64,000 nt of DNA from the human T2T-CHM13v2.0 reference genome, Homo sapiens: NCBI RefSeq assembly GCF_009914755.1, contig NC_060938.1; one strand, written 5' to 3'. Below, piece after piece: positions 1 to 18,649 of this stretch (the first letter of the stretch is position 1; each line of letters begins with the position of its first letter). The notes beneath the pieces are model-generated. The model did no database searches, was not told the origin of the DNA, and saw only the letters and a list, made by a program, of their open reading frames with translations. The position numbers and the translations under genes are program-made.

Positions 1-296
1 TATTTTTTGATACAGGGTCTTGCTCTGTCACCCAGGCTGGAGTGCAGTGGTGCAACCATAGCCTACTGCACCCTCGAACTCCTGGGCTCAAGATATCCTC
101 CTGTCCCAGCCTCCCAAATACCTGGGACTACCGGTGTGTACTACCATGCCTGGCTAATATTTTTATTATTTACTTTTTGTAGAGATAGGGTTTCATTGTT
201 TCCAAGGCTGGTCTCAAACGTCTGGTCTCAAGTGATCCTTCCACCTTGGCCTCTCAAAATGCTGAGGTTACAGACATGAGCCATCACACCTGGCCA
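1..296 (-). repeat. AluJ
   Basis: Alu dimer with J-type diagnostics (cctgggctcaag). Confidence 0.9.
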
Positions 297-914
297 GTAG
301 TCTATTATCTGTTCTTCTTCAGCACAGTGTGCCATGCTATACCTCTGCTTAAAACCTACAACAGTCTCTCAGTGACCTTAGAATAAAGAGCAAAATCCTG
401 ACCGGGTGTGGTGGCTCACACCTGCAGGTCCAACAACTTTGGGATGTGGAGGTGAGGAAATTGCTTGAGTTTGAGACCAGCCTGGACAACAGAGTGACAC
501 CCCATCTCTATTAAAAAAAATAAAATAAAATAAAAAAAAGACCAAAATCCTTAATATGGCCTACACAGATCTGCATGACTTGGCTCCTGCCCATCACTCC
601 GAAACCCTTCAGCACCACTTTCTCTTTGCTCTCTGAGCTTTTCACACCACCCTTTTGCAGCCTTCAGTTCACACATACTGTTCCTTAAGCCCAAATGCTT
701 CTCTTCTGCTCCTGTTCCCATGCACCTTTGCCTTGCTGACTGTTATTCATCCTTCAGGTCTCTGCTGTAAACACTCCATGAGGCCTGCCTTGAAGTCCCT
801 ACCCATCCTCCACCACTGGCTAGATGACAGCTATGTGTCATACGCTCTTTTCATATTCTACATGTTTTTTAAGTTAATTTTTTTAAATCAAAGTAACATA
901 TGTCCACAGTTTAA

Positions 915-1337
<423 letters not shown>

Positions 1338-1688
1338 TAACTGTTTCTCCAGTATCCTGCATGCTTCCTCAGTGATACCCAGATCTGTCTTCAACATCTG
1401 TCTTCTCAGCTGGGCTAAAATAGCATTAAAACAGAGATCAACCACACATGTCTGTTTGACTTCTGTATCCACCATTAAGTAAAATGCCTGACACTCAATA
1501 GGCATTTTATAAACATCTGTTAAATGACCATAGCTTCACAAACAACATCTGAGATTAAAAAAACAAAAACATAAACACACACACACCAAAAGTGGCCTTA
1601 AGAGTTAAGGTGTATTTGCGTAGATGTGTCACTTTGCAGATGACTTGCAAAATTTCCTTGATATTACAAATTTATAAATATTTCTCAC

Positions 1689-1742
1689 CTGACTTAGCTG
1701 AAACATCAGAGGAATTTGTACTTTTGGAAAACGAGTTCTGTC
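1689..1742 (-). CDS. WDHD1: WDHD1 exon 21: QNSFSKSTNSSDVSAKS(G)
   Basis: 54 nt, phase 1-1; gtag acceptor, G|gtgaga donor. Confidence 0.93.
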
Positions 1743-1928
1743 CTACAGATTAAAATAAAGCAATATAATGTAAATGGGGAAAATATAGTCATCCTCAATA
1801 TACAACAACCAGATAGCAAAGAGGTCTGAAAAAAAGTATGAGTATTCAATTTCCCTCAGTTAAGCAAAATGGGAAAAGCCACATCCATGATAGTTCTCAT
1901 GATTTATGGGCTTGAAAATGTATCTCAC

Positions 1929-2044
1929 CAGGCTTATGTATTTCTGGTTTTTCTTCATCATCAGCTTCTCCACTGTCCTCAGCATCTTCTTCAACTTGAT
2001 TTCTGAACCTTGGTTGGCTCCACTCTGTAGCAGTATTGCTGTAA
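1929..2044 (-). CDS. WDHD1: WDHD1 exon 20: YSNTATEWSQPRFRNQVEEDAEDSGEADDEEKPEIHKP(G)
   Basis: 116 nt; ttag acceptor after a 98-nt intron, G|gtgaga donor. Confidence 0.95.
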
Positions 2045-2142
2045 CTAAGAGAAAATAATATTATTCAATAAAGAGCTATGCAAAGACCAACTTAACATTC
2101 AAGACAGTAAAGGAAAATTCAAACAACTAAATTATTTCTTAC

Positions 2143-2363
2143 CCAGCATTCAGCTTTTTTCTGAAATCTTCTTCTTCTTCTTCCTCTTCCACCTGGGTTG
2201 CTGTCAATTCGGCTGCCTTCTCTACAGCCAGTTCACTTAGTTTTTGAGCCAGTATTAATTTCCGAGAGCGAGAAGCATATTTAATGGCTAAATTCACAGC
2301 ATTTTGAGTCATTAGATCAGCAAGTTCCACACAACGGAATTCTCGCTCCAGTTTACAAGAAAG
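2143..2363 (-). CDS. WDHD1: WDHD1 exon 19: LSCKLEREFRCVELADLMTQNAVNLAIKYASRSRK...VEEEEEEEDFRKKLNA(G)
   Basis: 221 nt; C15-T5-ggattag acceptor, GG|gtaaga donor; contains ORF 2139..2330. Confidence 0.95.
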
Positions 2364-2375
2364 CTAATCCAAAAA

Positions 2376-2390
2376 GGGGGGGGGGGGGGG
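2376..2390. repeat. G15/C15 mononucleotide run forming the exon 19 polypyrimidine tract
   Basis: Read directly from the sequence. Confidence 0.95.
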
Positions 2391-2714
2391 AGATCAAATA
2401 ACATCAAGTAAAACTTTTTAAAGATACTGACACTACTAGTAAAACTGAGACAATAGTTTTCTAGCTACTCTATCTCCCTAATTCTAAGATGCACATTTTT
2501 ACAAGTTTTAACATCTCTGAAATTGGAATTACAATTAATTACAATTAATGGTGGGTCAGTTTGGCAGCATTTTTATGTCTCCATGGCTTAAATGAATAAA
2601 GTAATGGTGCACTATGCAATAAACAGTGGCTTAGATTTGATGAAATATTACATACCACTTTAATCTACTAATTGCAAGAAAATTAAGAAATTTGTTTAAA
2701 AAATTCAAGGGGGA

Positions 2715-3320
<606 letters not shown>

Positions 3321-3550
3321 CAACAAACTGAGAAAAGTTGGTATTTTGAAGATTACTAAGGGTCTCCTAATTCATAGTGTATTAGAACTATTTTCTTACT
3401 TAGATATTCCATGTCTGATCCATCAGCACAAAAGCTTTAGATATTCACCTGGATGCCCTTTTCAAGATTTTTAGTATCATTTATCTATAATCAGTACTTC
3501 TTAATCGGGATGGTACACTGCCTCAGGGGGCATTTAGAAATAAAAAGGAA

Positions 3551-3876
<326 letters not shown>

Positions 3877-4836
3877 CTATTCTGAACTAAAGGCATTTGC
3901 CCGGGGGTCAGGAATGCTAAAGAAGAACTCAACAATCCCCTTGAACTCCTGGGCTCAAGATATCCTCCTGCCCTGGCATCTTTGATATGAGTCCCCTGGT
4001 ATTTTTGATATGAGAAACACTGCCACAGGGAAAAGCTCCTCTAGGCTAAATAGCAAATACATGAAATATGTTTCCTTATATGTGTTGTACAAATAAAAAG
4101 GCTACTAGTTCCTGGACCACAAGTAACACTTTATAAAAGGAATAAAACTTTTTCTACAATAAACTGAGTTTTCTTAATACCAAACTTAAGGCCATGTTGC
4201 ATAAAGGTGACAGTAGTGAGTACTACCTTTTGGAGACAAGAGTGGCAATTTGCTCTGTGGTCTCATATACCACTTTTCTCTAAGAACCTTTTTTCTCCAA
4301 TTTTAAAATTAAAAGTCTGGACCATTCACTCTTGTCAACAAATATCGAGGTCTACTATGTGTTAAGCCACCATGTCAGTGCCTGGCATACAGCAGTGAGC
4401 AGGTCTCTGCCCTCTGGGGCATAAAGTCTAGTGTAAGACAAATAAAGAAGAAATGATACTATACTCCTCTCCATAAACCAACCTTGAGTGGGGACACAAG
4501 CACAGGAACTTTAAGACACCCTGCTCCAAAGATAAATGTACTTAAATATTCTAGACACCAAACCTGGCCACTGGTCACAAATAAATTTTCATCACACACA
4601 GCTGCCTAACTCAAAGAGGATGACAAAAGGCAGGCATATCTAACAGCCCGATCAAAGTTCTTAAGATTGCCCAGCCCTGGAGATTAAAAAACAGTATATA
4701 CTCAAACTTTGTAAAATAATAACAGAAACTAGAGCAGTGGTTCTCAGTTACCTTGAGAGCCCGTTAAAACATAGACTGATGGGCAAAAGCAAAAGGGAAG
4801 TAGCCCTAGAGATGTTTATTCCTGCACATGATCTTA

Positions 4837-5616
<780 letters not shown>

Positions 5617-5667
5617 CTATAGAAAAGCATTTAACTTTAACGTTTTCAGTATATTTATTTTACTCAC

Positions 5668-5799
5668 CGCAAGCATTTTCATTAAAAGTTCCTGTTGCTC
5701 TTTTGTTGCTTGATTTTTAGTGCTCTCTTCATATTCATAACCATTTTTAGCTAAATAATCAAGGTGGTTGTGAAATATAACTGAACGCCAAAATTGCTC
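5668..5799 (-). CDS. WDHD1: WDHD1 exon 18 (SepB helical bundle): EQFWRSVIFHNHLDYLAKNGYEYEESTKNQATKEQQELLMKMLA
   Basis: 132 nt; tatag acceptor, GCG|gtgagt donor. Confidence 0.95.
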
Positions 5800-6472
5800 C
5801 TATAAAAGCAAATAAAATTGCTTAAGGCCAACTATCACCTTAATATGAGGCAAGCGTTAAATATTTATCTTAAGATACCAGTTTTTGAATAAAATATGTT
5901 CTGAACTCTTCCTTTCTATAAGTTTATTTTACAATTTAAATTCTAGTGTGATACTACAGCTTAACTTTTTCCCCTATCCTTAAAAAAGGCAGCTGGGGAG
6001 GAATACAGCATTTAAAACAGTTTCCTAGCTATCATAATTAATGCTCAGAGAATTTGGTAAACAAGATTTTTAAAAGCTAACTTGTTTCTTATTTAGAATA
6101 ACTAACTGCAAGATTTCAAATGACTTTTGATGACACAAGGCTAGGACTAGGGTCAGGCAAGCCAGGTGTTATGGCACAAAATGTATGGAGGCACTTCTTC
6201 TCAGGGACATGCCCCATCCTGAGAGTAAGTCTTTCCCCAGTGGGTCTCTGACAGTCACACCCATTTACTTTGTAGACAAAGTCCCTGGAAGCAGTGATGG
6301 CAATCAGGTGGCCTGGTGATCCCAAGCAGTCCTCTTCCCTCCCTGCTACCCCTATTTATGTAATTATACAGTAATGAATATTCAATACTGGCCATCAGGA
6401 TAATTTTAAAGTGTGTGTATCACAGGTGCTGTATTATCAAATTCAAAGTGTCAAGGTAAGACTTCCACATAC

Positions 6473-6587
6473 CTCCATTTGTCCTTTCTCTGTTGCAATC
6501 TGACAGTAAGGAAGCTTAAAGGATAATATAGCAACAGCAGGGCGTGGAAGGGTTGGGGGAAACCGAGAACCTTTACAAGGAATGCAC
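6473..6587 (-). CDS. WDHD1: WDHD1 exon 17: CIPCKGSRFPPTLPRPAVAILSFKLPYCQIATEKGQME
   Basis: 115 nt; aacag acceptor, GAG|gtatgt donor; follows a 14.1 kb intron. Confidence 0.95.
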
Positions 6588-6817
6588 CTGTTAGTAAAGA
6601 AAAGTTCCATCATAAAAATTTACTAACATGTCATAAAAACTACAAAATTTAAAAAGTTTTCAAAAGTTAGTAACTTAGAATAGTAATATTATAATAGCTG
6701 CCTTAATCATATATAACAAATATCTCTTTTTAAAAAAGTGTTTTAGGCTTGACTAGGCATAAAGACTATCCCTACATGCATTTCAAGAATAGAAAAATTC
6801 CTTCTCACATCTCACTT

Positions 6818-7143
<326 letters not shown>

Positions 7144-7965
7144 TAAAAGTGAAATCAGCTCTCTTCATATTTTCCTTAGCAAACTACCACTTTTAAAACA
7201 TAAAAATTGTACCATTAATACCTGTCATGGAATCCATGTTATCACCAAGATAAATGCTGATGAAGCTGCACATGGAACATACTCTAAGGTCAACCACATG
7301 CTTGGCCGTAAAGCAAGTCTCAAAAATTTTTTTTAAATTGAAATCATACCAAGCATATATTCTGAGACCATAGTAAAATAAAAATAGAAATCAATACTGA
7401 GGATCTCTCAGAACCACACAAATTACATGGAAAGTAAACAACATACTCCAGAATGACTTTTGAATAAACAATGAAATTAAGCAGAAATTGAAATATTCTT
7501 TGAAATAAATGAAAACAGACACAACATATCAAAATATATGGGATGCAGCAAAAGCAATGTTAAGAGGAACGTTTATAGCACTAAACACCTATATCAAGTT
7601 AGAAAGATCTCAAATTAACAATCTAACATTGCATCTAGGGAAACTAGATAAACGAGAACACACTAACCCCAAAGCTAGCAGAAGAAAAGAAATAACTAAA
7701 ATAACAGCAGAACTAAACAAAATTGAGACTAAAGAATCCATACAAAGGATCAATAAAACAAAAAAAATTGATTTTTTGAAAGGATAAACAAGATCGATAA
7801 ACTCCTAGCTAGATTAACAAAGAAAAGAAGAGGGAAGCTCCATATAAGCACAATCAGAAAATGGCAAAGGTGACACTACAACTGATTCCACAGAAATACA
7901 AAAGATCCTCAGAGACTATTATGAACACTTCTATGTGCACAAACCAGAAAATTTAGAGGAAATGG

Positions 7966-8569
<604 letters not shown>

Positions 8570-9774
8570 AAGTCCTCAAAAGCAATTGCAACAAAAACCA
8601 AAACTGACAAGTGGGACCTAATTAGACTAAAGAACTTCTGCACAGCAAAGAAAATCTAGAGGAAATGGATAAATTCCTGGAAACATAAAACTTCCCAAGA
8701 CTGACTCAGAAAAAACAGAAATTCTGAACAAACCAATAATGAGTTCCAAAATTGAATCGTAATAAATAAAAAACCTATCAACCAAAAAAAGCCCTGGACC
8801 AGAAAAATCACAGCTGAATTCTAGATGCACAAAGAACTGGTACCAGTCCTACTGAAAATATTCCAAAATACCAACTCCTCTCCAAATCACTCTATAAAGC
8901 CAGCATTATCCTGATACCAAAATCTGGCAAAGACACATCAAAAAGAGAAACTACAGGCCAATATCCTTGATGAACACAGATATAAAAATCCTCAACAAAA
9001 CACTAGCAAACCAAACCCAACAGTACTTTAGGAAGTTAATACACCACAACCAGTAGGTTTTACTCCTGGGATGTAAGGTTGGTTCAACATATGCAAATCA
9101 ATATATGCAATTCACTGCATCAACAGAATTAAAAACAAAAACCACATGATCATCTCAATAGATGCAGAAAAAGCTTTCGATAAAATTCAACATCCTTTCA
9201 TAATAAAGACCTCCAACATACTAGGCATTGAAGGAACATAACTCAAAATAAAAAGAGCCATCTATGGCAAACCCACAGACAACACCATATGAATGGGAAA
9301 AAGCTGGAAGCATTACCCTTAAGAATTGGAATAAGACAAGGTTGGCCACTCTTTTCACTCATATTTAACAGAGTACTGAAAATCTTAGCCAGAACAATCA
9401 AGTAAGATACCAAAATAGGAAAAGAAGTCAAATATCTCTCCACTGACTATATTACTCTATACATAGAATTGCTAAAGGGCTCCTAGATAAAAGACTTTGG
9501 TAAAGTTTCAGGATACAAAATCAATATACAAAAATCAGTAGCATTTTTATACACCAATAATGTTCGAGCTGAGAGTCAAATCAAGTATGCAATCCCATTT
9601 ACAATAGTCATACATGTACATAAAATACCTAGGAATATATCTAACCAAGGAGGTGAAAGATCTCTACAAGAACTACAAAACACTGTTGAAAGAAATCACA
9701 GATAACACAAACAAATGGAAACACATTCCACACTCATGGATTAGAAGAATCAATATCATTAAAATGACCATACT

Positions 9775-9816
9775 GTGTCTGCAGCAACCTTGGTTTGCAT
9801 CGAAGTCACAGCACCA
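9775..9816 (+). pseudogene. Retroposed 3' half of tRNA-His(GUG), positions 34-76 including CCA, followed by a poly(A) tail
   Basis: GTGTCTGCAGCAACCTTGGTTTGCATCGAAGTCACAGCACCA matches recalled tRNA-His GTGGCCGCAGCAACCTCGGTTCGAATCCGAGTCACGGCACCA at 34/42. A-rich tail to about 9850. TSD AAAA(T/A)GACCATACT at 9761-9774 and 9847-9860. Confidence 0.88.
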
Positions 9817-10488
9817 AAAAAAAAAAAAAAGAAAGAAAGAAGAAAGAAAAAGACCATACTCCCCAAAGCAATCTATAGATTCAACACTATTCCTATCAAA
9901 TTACCAATGTCATTTTTCACAGAATTAGAAAAAACTATTCTAAAATTCATATGGAACCAAAAAAGAGCCCAAATAGCCAAAGGATCTAAAACAAAAACAA
10001 CAAAGCTGGAGGCATCACATTACCCAACATCAAACTCTACTTCAAGGCTAGTGAAAAAGAACATGGCACTGGTGCACAAACAGAAACACAGACCAGTGGA
10101 ACACAATAGGGAACACAGAAATAAAGCCACACACCTACAACCAACTGATCTTTGAGAAAGCTGACAAAAACAAGGAACTGGGAAAGGAATCCCTACTCAA
10201 TAAATGGTGCTGAGATAACTGGCTAACCACATGCAGAATGAAACTGGACCCTTAACTATCACCATGTGCAAAAATTAACTCAAGATGGATTAAACACTTA
10301 AATGTAAGACCTCAGAATATAAAAATCCCAGAAGAAACCCTAGCAAATACCCTTCAGGATATTGGCCTTGGTAAATATTTCATGACTAAGTCCACAAAAG
10401 CAATTGCAACAAAAACAAAAATTGACAAGTGGGACCTAATTAAACCAAAGAGCTTCTGCGCAGCAAAAGAAACTACCAAGAGTAAACA

Positions 10489-11965
<1,477 letters not shown>

Positions 11966-13318
11966 AAAGAGAGACAGAAAGATGGTGAAATGCCTAATAT
12001 AGGTTAAGTGTTTATTAGATATTGGTCAGAGTGAAGCAGAACATCATTAGAAAGACTATAATCTATATCTACTCTGATAAATATGGTAACAGGTCAACGG
12101 GGCAAAGACTGTCTAAACCTGTTCTGAGTAGTCTATATAAGGCATTCAAACACGCCCATCATGAGTAGTGCTCTCGCAGCTGATTTATTAAAAAGCATTA
12201 ATTAATCACAGAATGATTTATATATATATAGAACTCTTTCAACTTATGTACTCCGATTTATTTATTAGAAAAGCACTGGAAAACCATGACTGCACACTAT
12301 AAATACCACAGGCAAATTTCATATTTTCATAAAGTCATTTAAAAAGACGAAATCTCTTTTTGAATGCTTACTAATAATCATCCACTTAATTTATAGTATA
12401 GCCTTTTAATCAGGACATTCTTGAAGGGAGATACTAAGTAGAAGCTAGACCCTAGGGTTTAAAAATTTTATAAATATCTTCCAGTATTATCAAATGCCCA
12501 CTAGAGTAATTAGAAAACAAGTAAGTGACAATGTCTAGTATTCTTTTTCAAACTACTCAGGCCCCTTTCTTGTGAGATTCAAATACCCTCCCTTCTTTTT
12601 TTTCTGACTATACAATAAAAATACAAATGTTTTTAGGGTTCTAATTTTTTTGAACATACAATTTCATTTATTTCTTCCTTCTCTCCTTTTATGATTTTAT
12701 AAAAAATCTAGTTTTCACCACACAGTATGAGGTGGCAGTGTGAATACCTCAAGTTTGAAAGAATCTTGTGGCAATTCTGTCATAAATCTCTATTTACAAG
12801 AATCACTACTTTACTAGTCATGCAAAATGAAAAAGAGCATGTGCATTCACAAAAGATGAGTCCAGGTACATATATATGTACATTAACAAAATTAGAAGAA
12901 ACACTGTGAGAAATGTTAATTGCCTAAACATTTTTTTCTAAAATGTCCTGTTTAAAAACATTTTACAGCTCACTTTATTGATTTACACATAGTAAGCAAT
13001 TATCACAAAGAAAAAGGAAATACTGAGTAGGATTTTATTAAGTTACTTTCTAAGCCACATTTACATCAAAGCAGAGCACCAATTCGCATTTTTTTATCCT
13101 TTCCTTAGCTTTAGAGACTTCAACTAAAAAGATGTTTTCTCTGTTAAATATCCCCGTCATAGAAGAATTCAAGGAAAAAACAAACACATTTAAACTGCTA
13201 ATTTGGTGGGTTTTGATGACGACGGAGTTTCCTGGAAACTATGTGCATAAACCACCTGGAAGAGGAATTTAAAAAAAAAAAAACAATGAAAAACCTGGTT
13301 TACTAAAAAGACAAAAGT

Positions 13319-15675
<2,357 letters not shown>

Positions 15676-18496
15676 AAAAATGAATTTCTTGCTAGCCAAA
15701 ATAGGTAAGGCTCTTTAAACACAACAGCAGGCTACTAAAAAAGTGATTGCAGAATTTTATTCCCCGAACTTCCATGTACCGCTATCCACAGAAAGGAAAT
15801 GAATCATCTCTAAATATGCCAACATGTTAAGCAAAACTGGTGTGAAAAGTACAGTAAGCCATACTGAGAAGTGTTGCTTCCAATCTTTGAAAAATATTTA
15901 AGGCTATATACCAAAAAATAAATAATAAATAATAAATAAATAAATGTTCTACAAGGGTGTACCAAAAAAAAAGAAAAATATTCTTATTCAAGTTTATTAT
16001 TCCAGCATAAAGCCAGGAAAATATGAAAATATGAAAACAGTCTGCAGTTATCAATTTATCACATAATATACAAATAAATACATTTCTATCAACAGATTTT
16101 TTAGTGTATCTTCTCAGTGCTTCAAATGCCTACTGTATAAGATTCCCCTCAGTAATTCAATTATTCTACAACAAGCTGGTCTTTATAGGAGAAGTATTTA
16201 TTCTTTCAATCTACTTATCAGCTAACTCCCTTTGTTCCTATATTTTAATACAAAAAAATAAGGTTGTTTTTTTTTTGCCAATAAATAGATGTGTACTCTC
16301 TACCAAATTACTTTAATCTTTTTGGACCTTAGTTTTCTCATATGTAAAAATTGGGGAGAAGTGCTGGGGGTGAAGAGAGACAGCAAATAGACCAAAAGAA
16401 CTTGGTAGTTCCCATTCTTTTATTCCTGTAGGGCTGCTGAGCTATTATAAAGTGTCTAGGAATGCACACAAGCACCATGAATTGTCTGTAGACCAAATAC
16501 AAAAATAGTTTCCACTTTACATACTAAAATTTTCACATGTATGCAGATAACGTGATTTGTAAATACAATTTTATATTAAAATAAAATTTTCAGGTCTACA
16601 GAAGCTTATGTTATCATGCCTGTAATCCCAGCACTTTGGGAGGCCAAGGTGGGAGGATCACTCGAGGTTAGTTCAAGAAAAGCCTAGGGAACATAGCGAG
16701 ACTGTGTCTCAATAAAGAAATATTCTTTATTAGCTGATACTAAATGTAGAGCTACTAGAGCTACTATTATTTGGAGGCATGAACTGTTCAACATTTAAAA
16801 AAGGACTCTTGTTCAAGTCCAGCCTGGATAACGTAAGGAGACCCTGTTTCTAAATAAATAAATAAAAAGGGCTCTTATATTTGAAAATGTCAGGAGCTAC
16901 TAGTATAGACGGTTTCTAAAATCCTTCTAAGTGTAAAAGCTGTAATTTACAGTCCATTATTTCTTTATCCATTATTGAATATAACAGTTAAATGTTACCA
17001 GCTGTAATTATCGTAGTTTTTAACAAGTTAAAATTCTTTACAAATCTTAAATAAAAAGCAAGTAAAAAATGTGTTCCAAAGGGTTGTGTGGAAAAAAAAA
17101 AAAGCATGTTAAGAAAAAAAAAGCCAGCTGGATAAATTACTAAGGGTGTGAAAACTGCAATTGATGAAATACTTGTAATATTAAATGAAATGAAGAAGCA
17201 AAATTGTTCATTGCAGATGACTAATTTCATATATTGCAAATAAATAATTTCATATACCTCTAAGATAATGACATTCACTAACAAAATGAATAATCTTACT
17301 TGAATAAGCATTAGGCAGAATAGTAAAAATCCTCATAGGTTCAAACCTTAACCTACTATTAAGATAGACTGTGAATTCTTTAATTCAAATTACTAAACTA
17401 ACTAGATTCCTGAAAATGGACATGCAAGAAATCACTGAGAACAACCTACACTATAAGAACTACTAAAAATAGTGAATGTGGCTTGGCATCTGGCTTATAC
17501 CTATAATCCTAGCACTTTGGAAGGCTGATGCAAGAGGATCAGTTGAGGCCAGGAATTAGAGGTCAATCTGGGCAAGATGGTGAGACCCCATCTTTACAAA
17601 ATATTTTTAAAAATTAGCCAGGTGTGGTAGCCTGTGCCTGTAGTTCTACCTACTCAGGAGACTGAGGTGCCAGGATCACTTGAGCCCAGGAATTCAAGGC
17701 TGCAGTGAGCTATGACTGCACTACTGCACTCCAGCATGGGCAAATGAGTGATACCCTGGCTCTAAAAAAAAAAAACCGTTAATGAATATACTTCTTCTGA
17801 TACTAAATATGTCAATATTTAGAATGTAATATTCAGTGATTACAACTGTAAAGGCAAAACACACAGAAATAACCACCAATTCCTCTGTAGTTCTCTACTA
17901 ATTCAATTTTGCATCCTCTGAGACTATATGTCTTTTCTTCTCAAACATCCCACAATGCCAACCACTGTCTCCAGAAATAACTGAATTCTGCTTCATGATC
18001 TGCCAACAAAACAGAAGCCAAAAACAGAAGATAGGAATTTGTTACCTTTTGGCTACCAAATCTATCTGCATTTGTGCCTATTTTTTTCCCTTTCCAGAAC
18101 TGATGAAATGTCTATTTTCCTATTTTAGACAGGTGATCTAAAAGCTACTACTTTTTTTTCTTTTTTCATTCCTTTCATTGGCTCCTTCTTTTAAATTATC
18201 AATCTTATCTTCTTTACTAAATTCATTGCCAAAAGATTACAAAAATGCTATAGAGTCACCTAAGCTAAAAAATCCCTTCAAAGACTTTTTATCCTCCTTT
18301 AGGTGCCACCCCAAATCTTTGCTCCTCTTCACACCAAAGTTCTTTTTTTTTGAGATAGGTTCTCTGTCGCCTAGACAGGAGTGCAGAGGTGTGATCATGA
18401 CTCACTGTAACCTCAACCTCCTGGGCTCAAGTGATCCTCCCCTCTTAGCCTCTCAAGTAGCAGAGACTATAGGTGTGTGCCATCATGCCTGGGTAA

Positions 18497-18649
<153 letters not shown>

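Noticed and set aside
16797-16876. Short GTTCAAGTCC...A-rich insert with TSD-like flanks as a novel small RNA
   Set aside because: Matches the 3' end of a 7SL-derived monomer (FLAM/Alu left arm), 5'-truncated.
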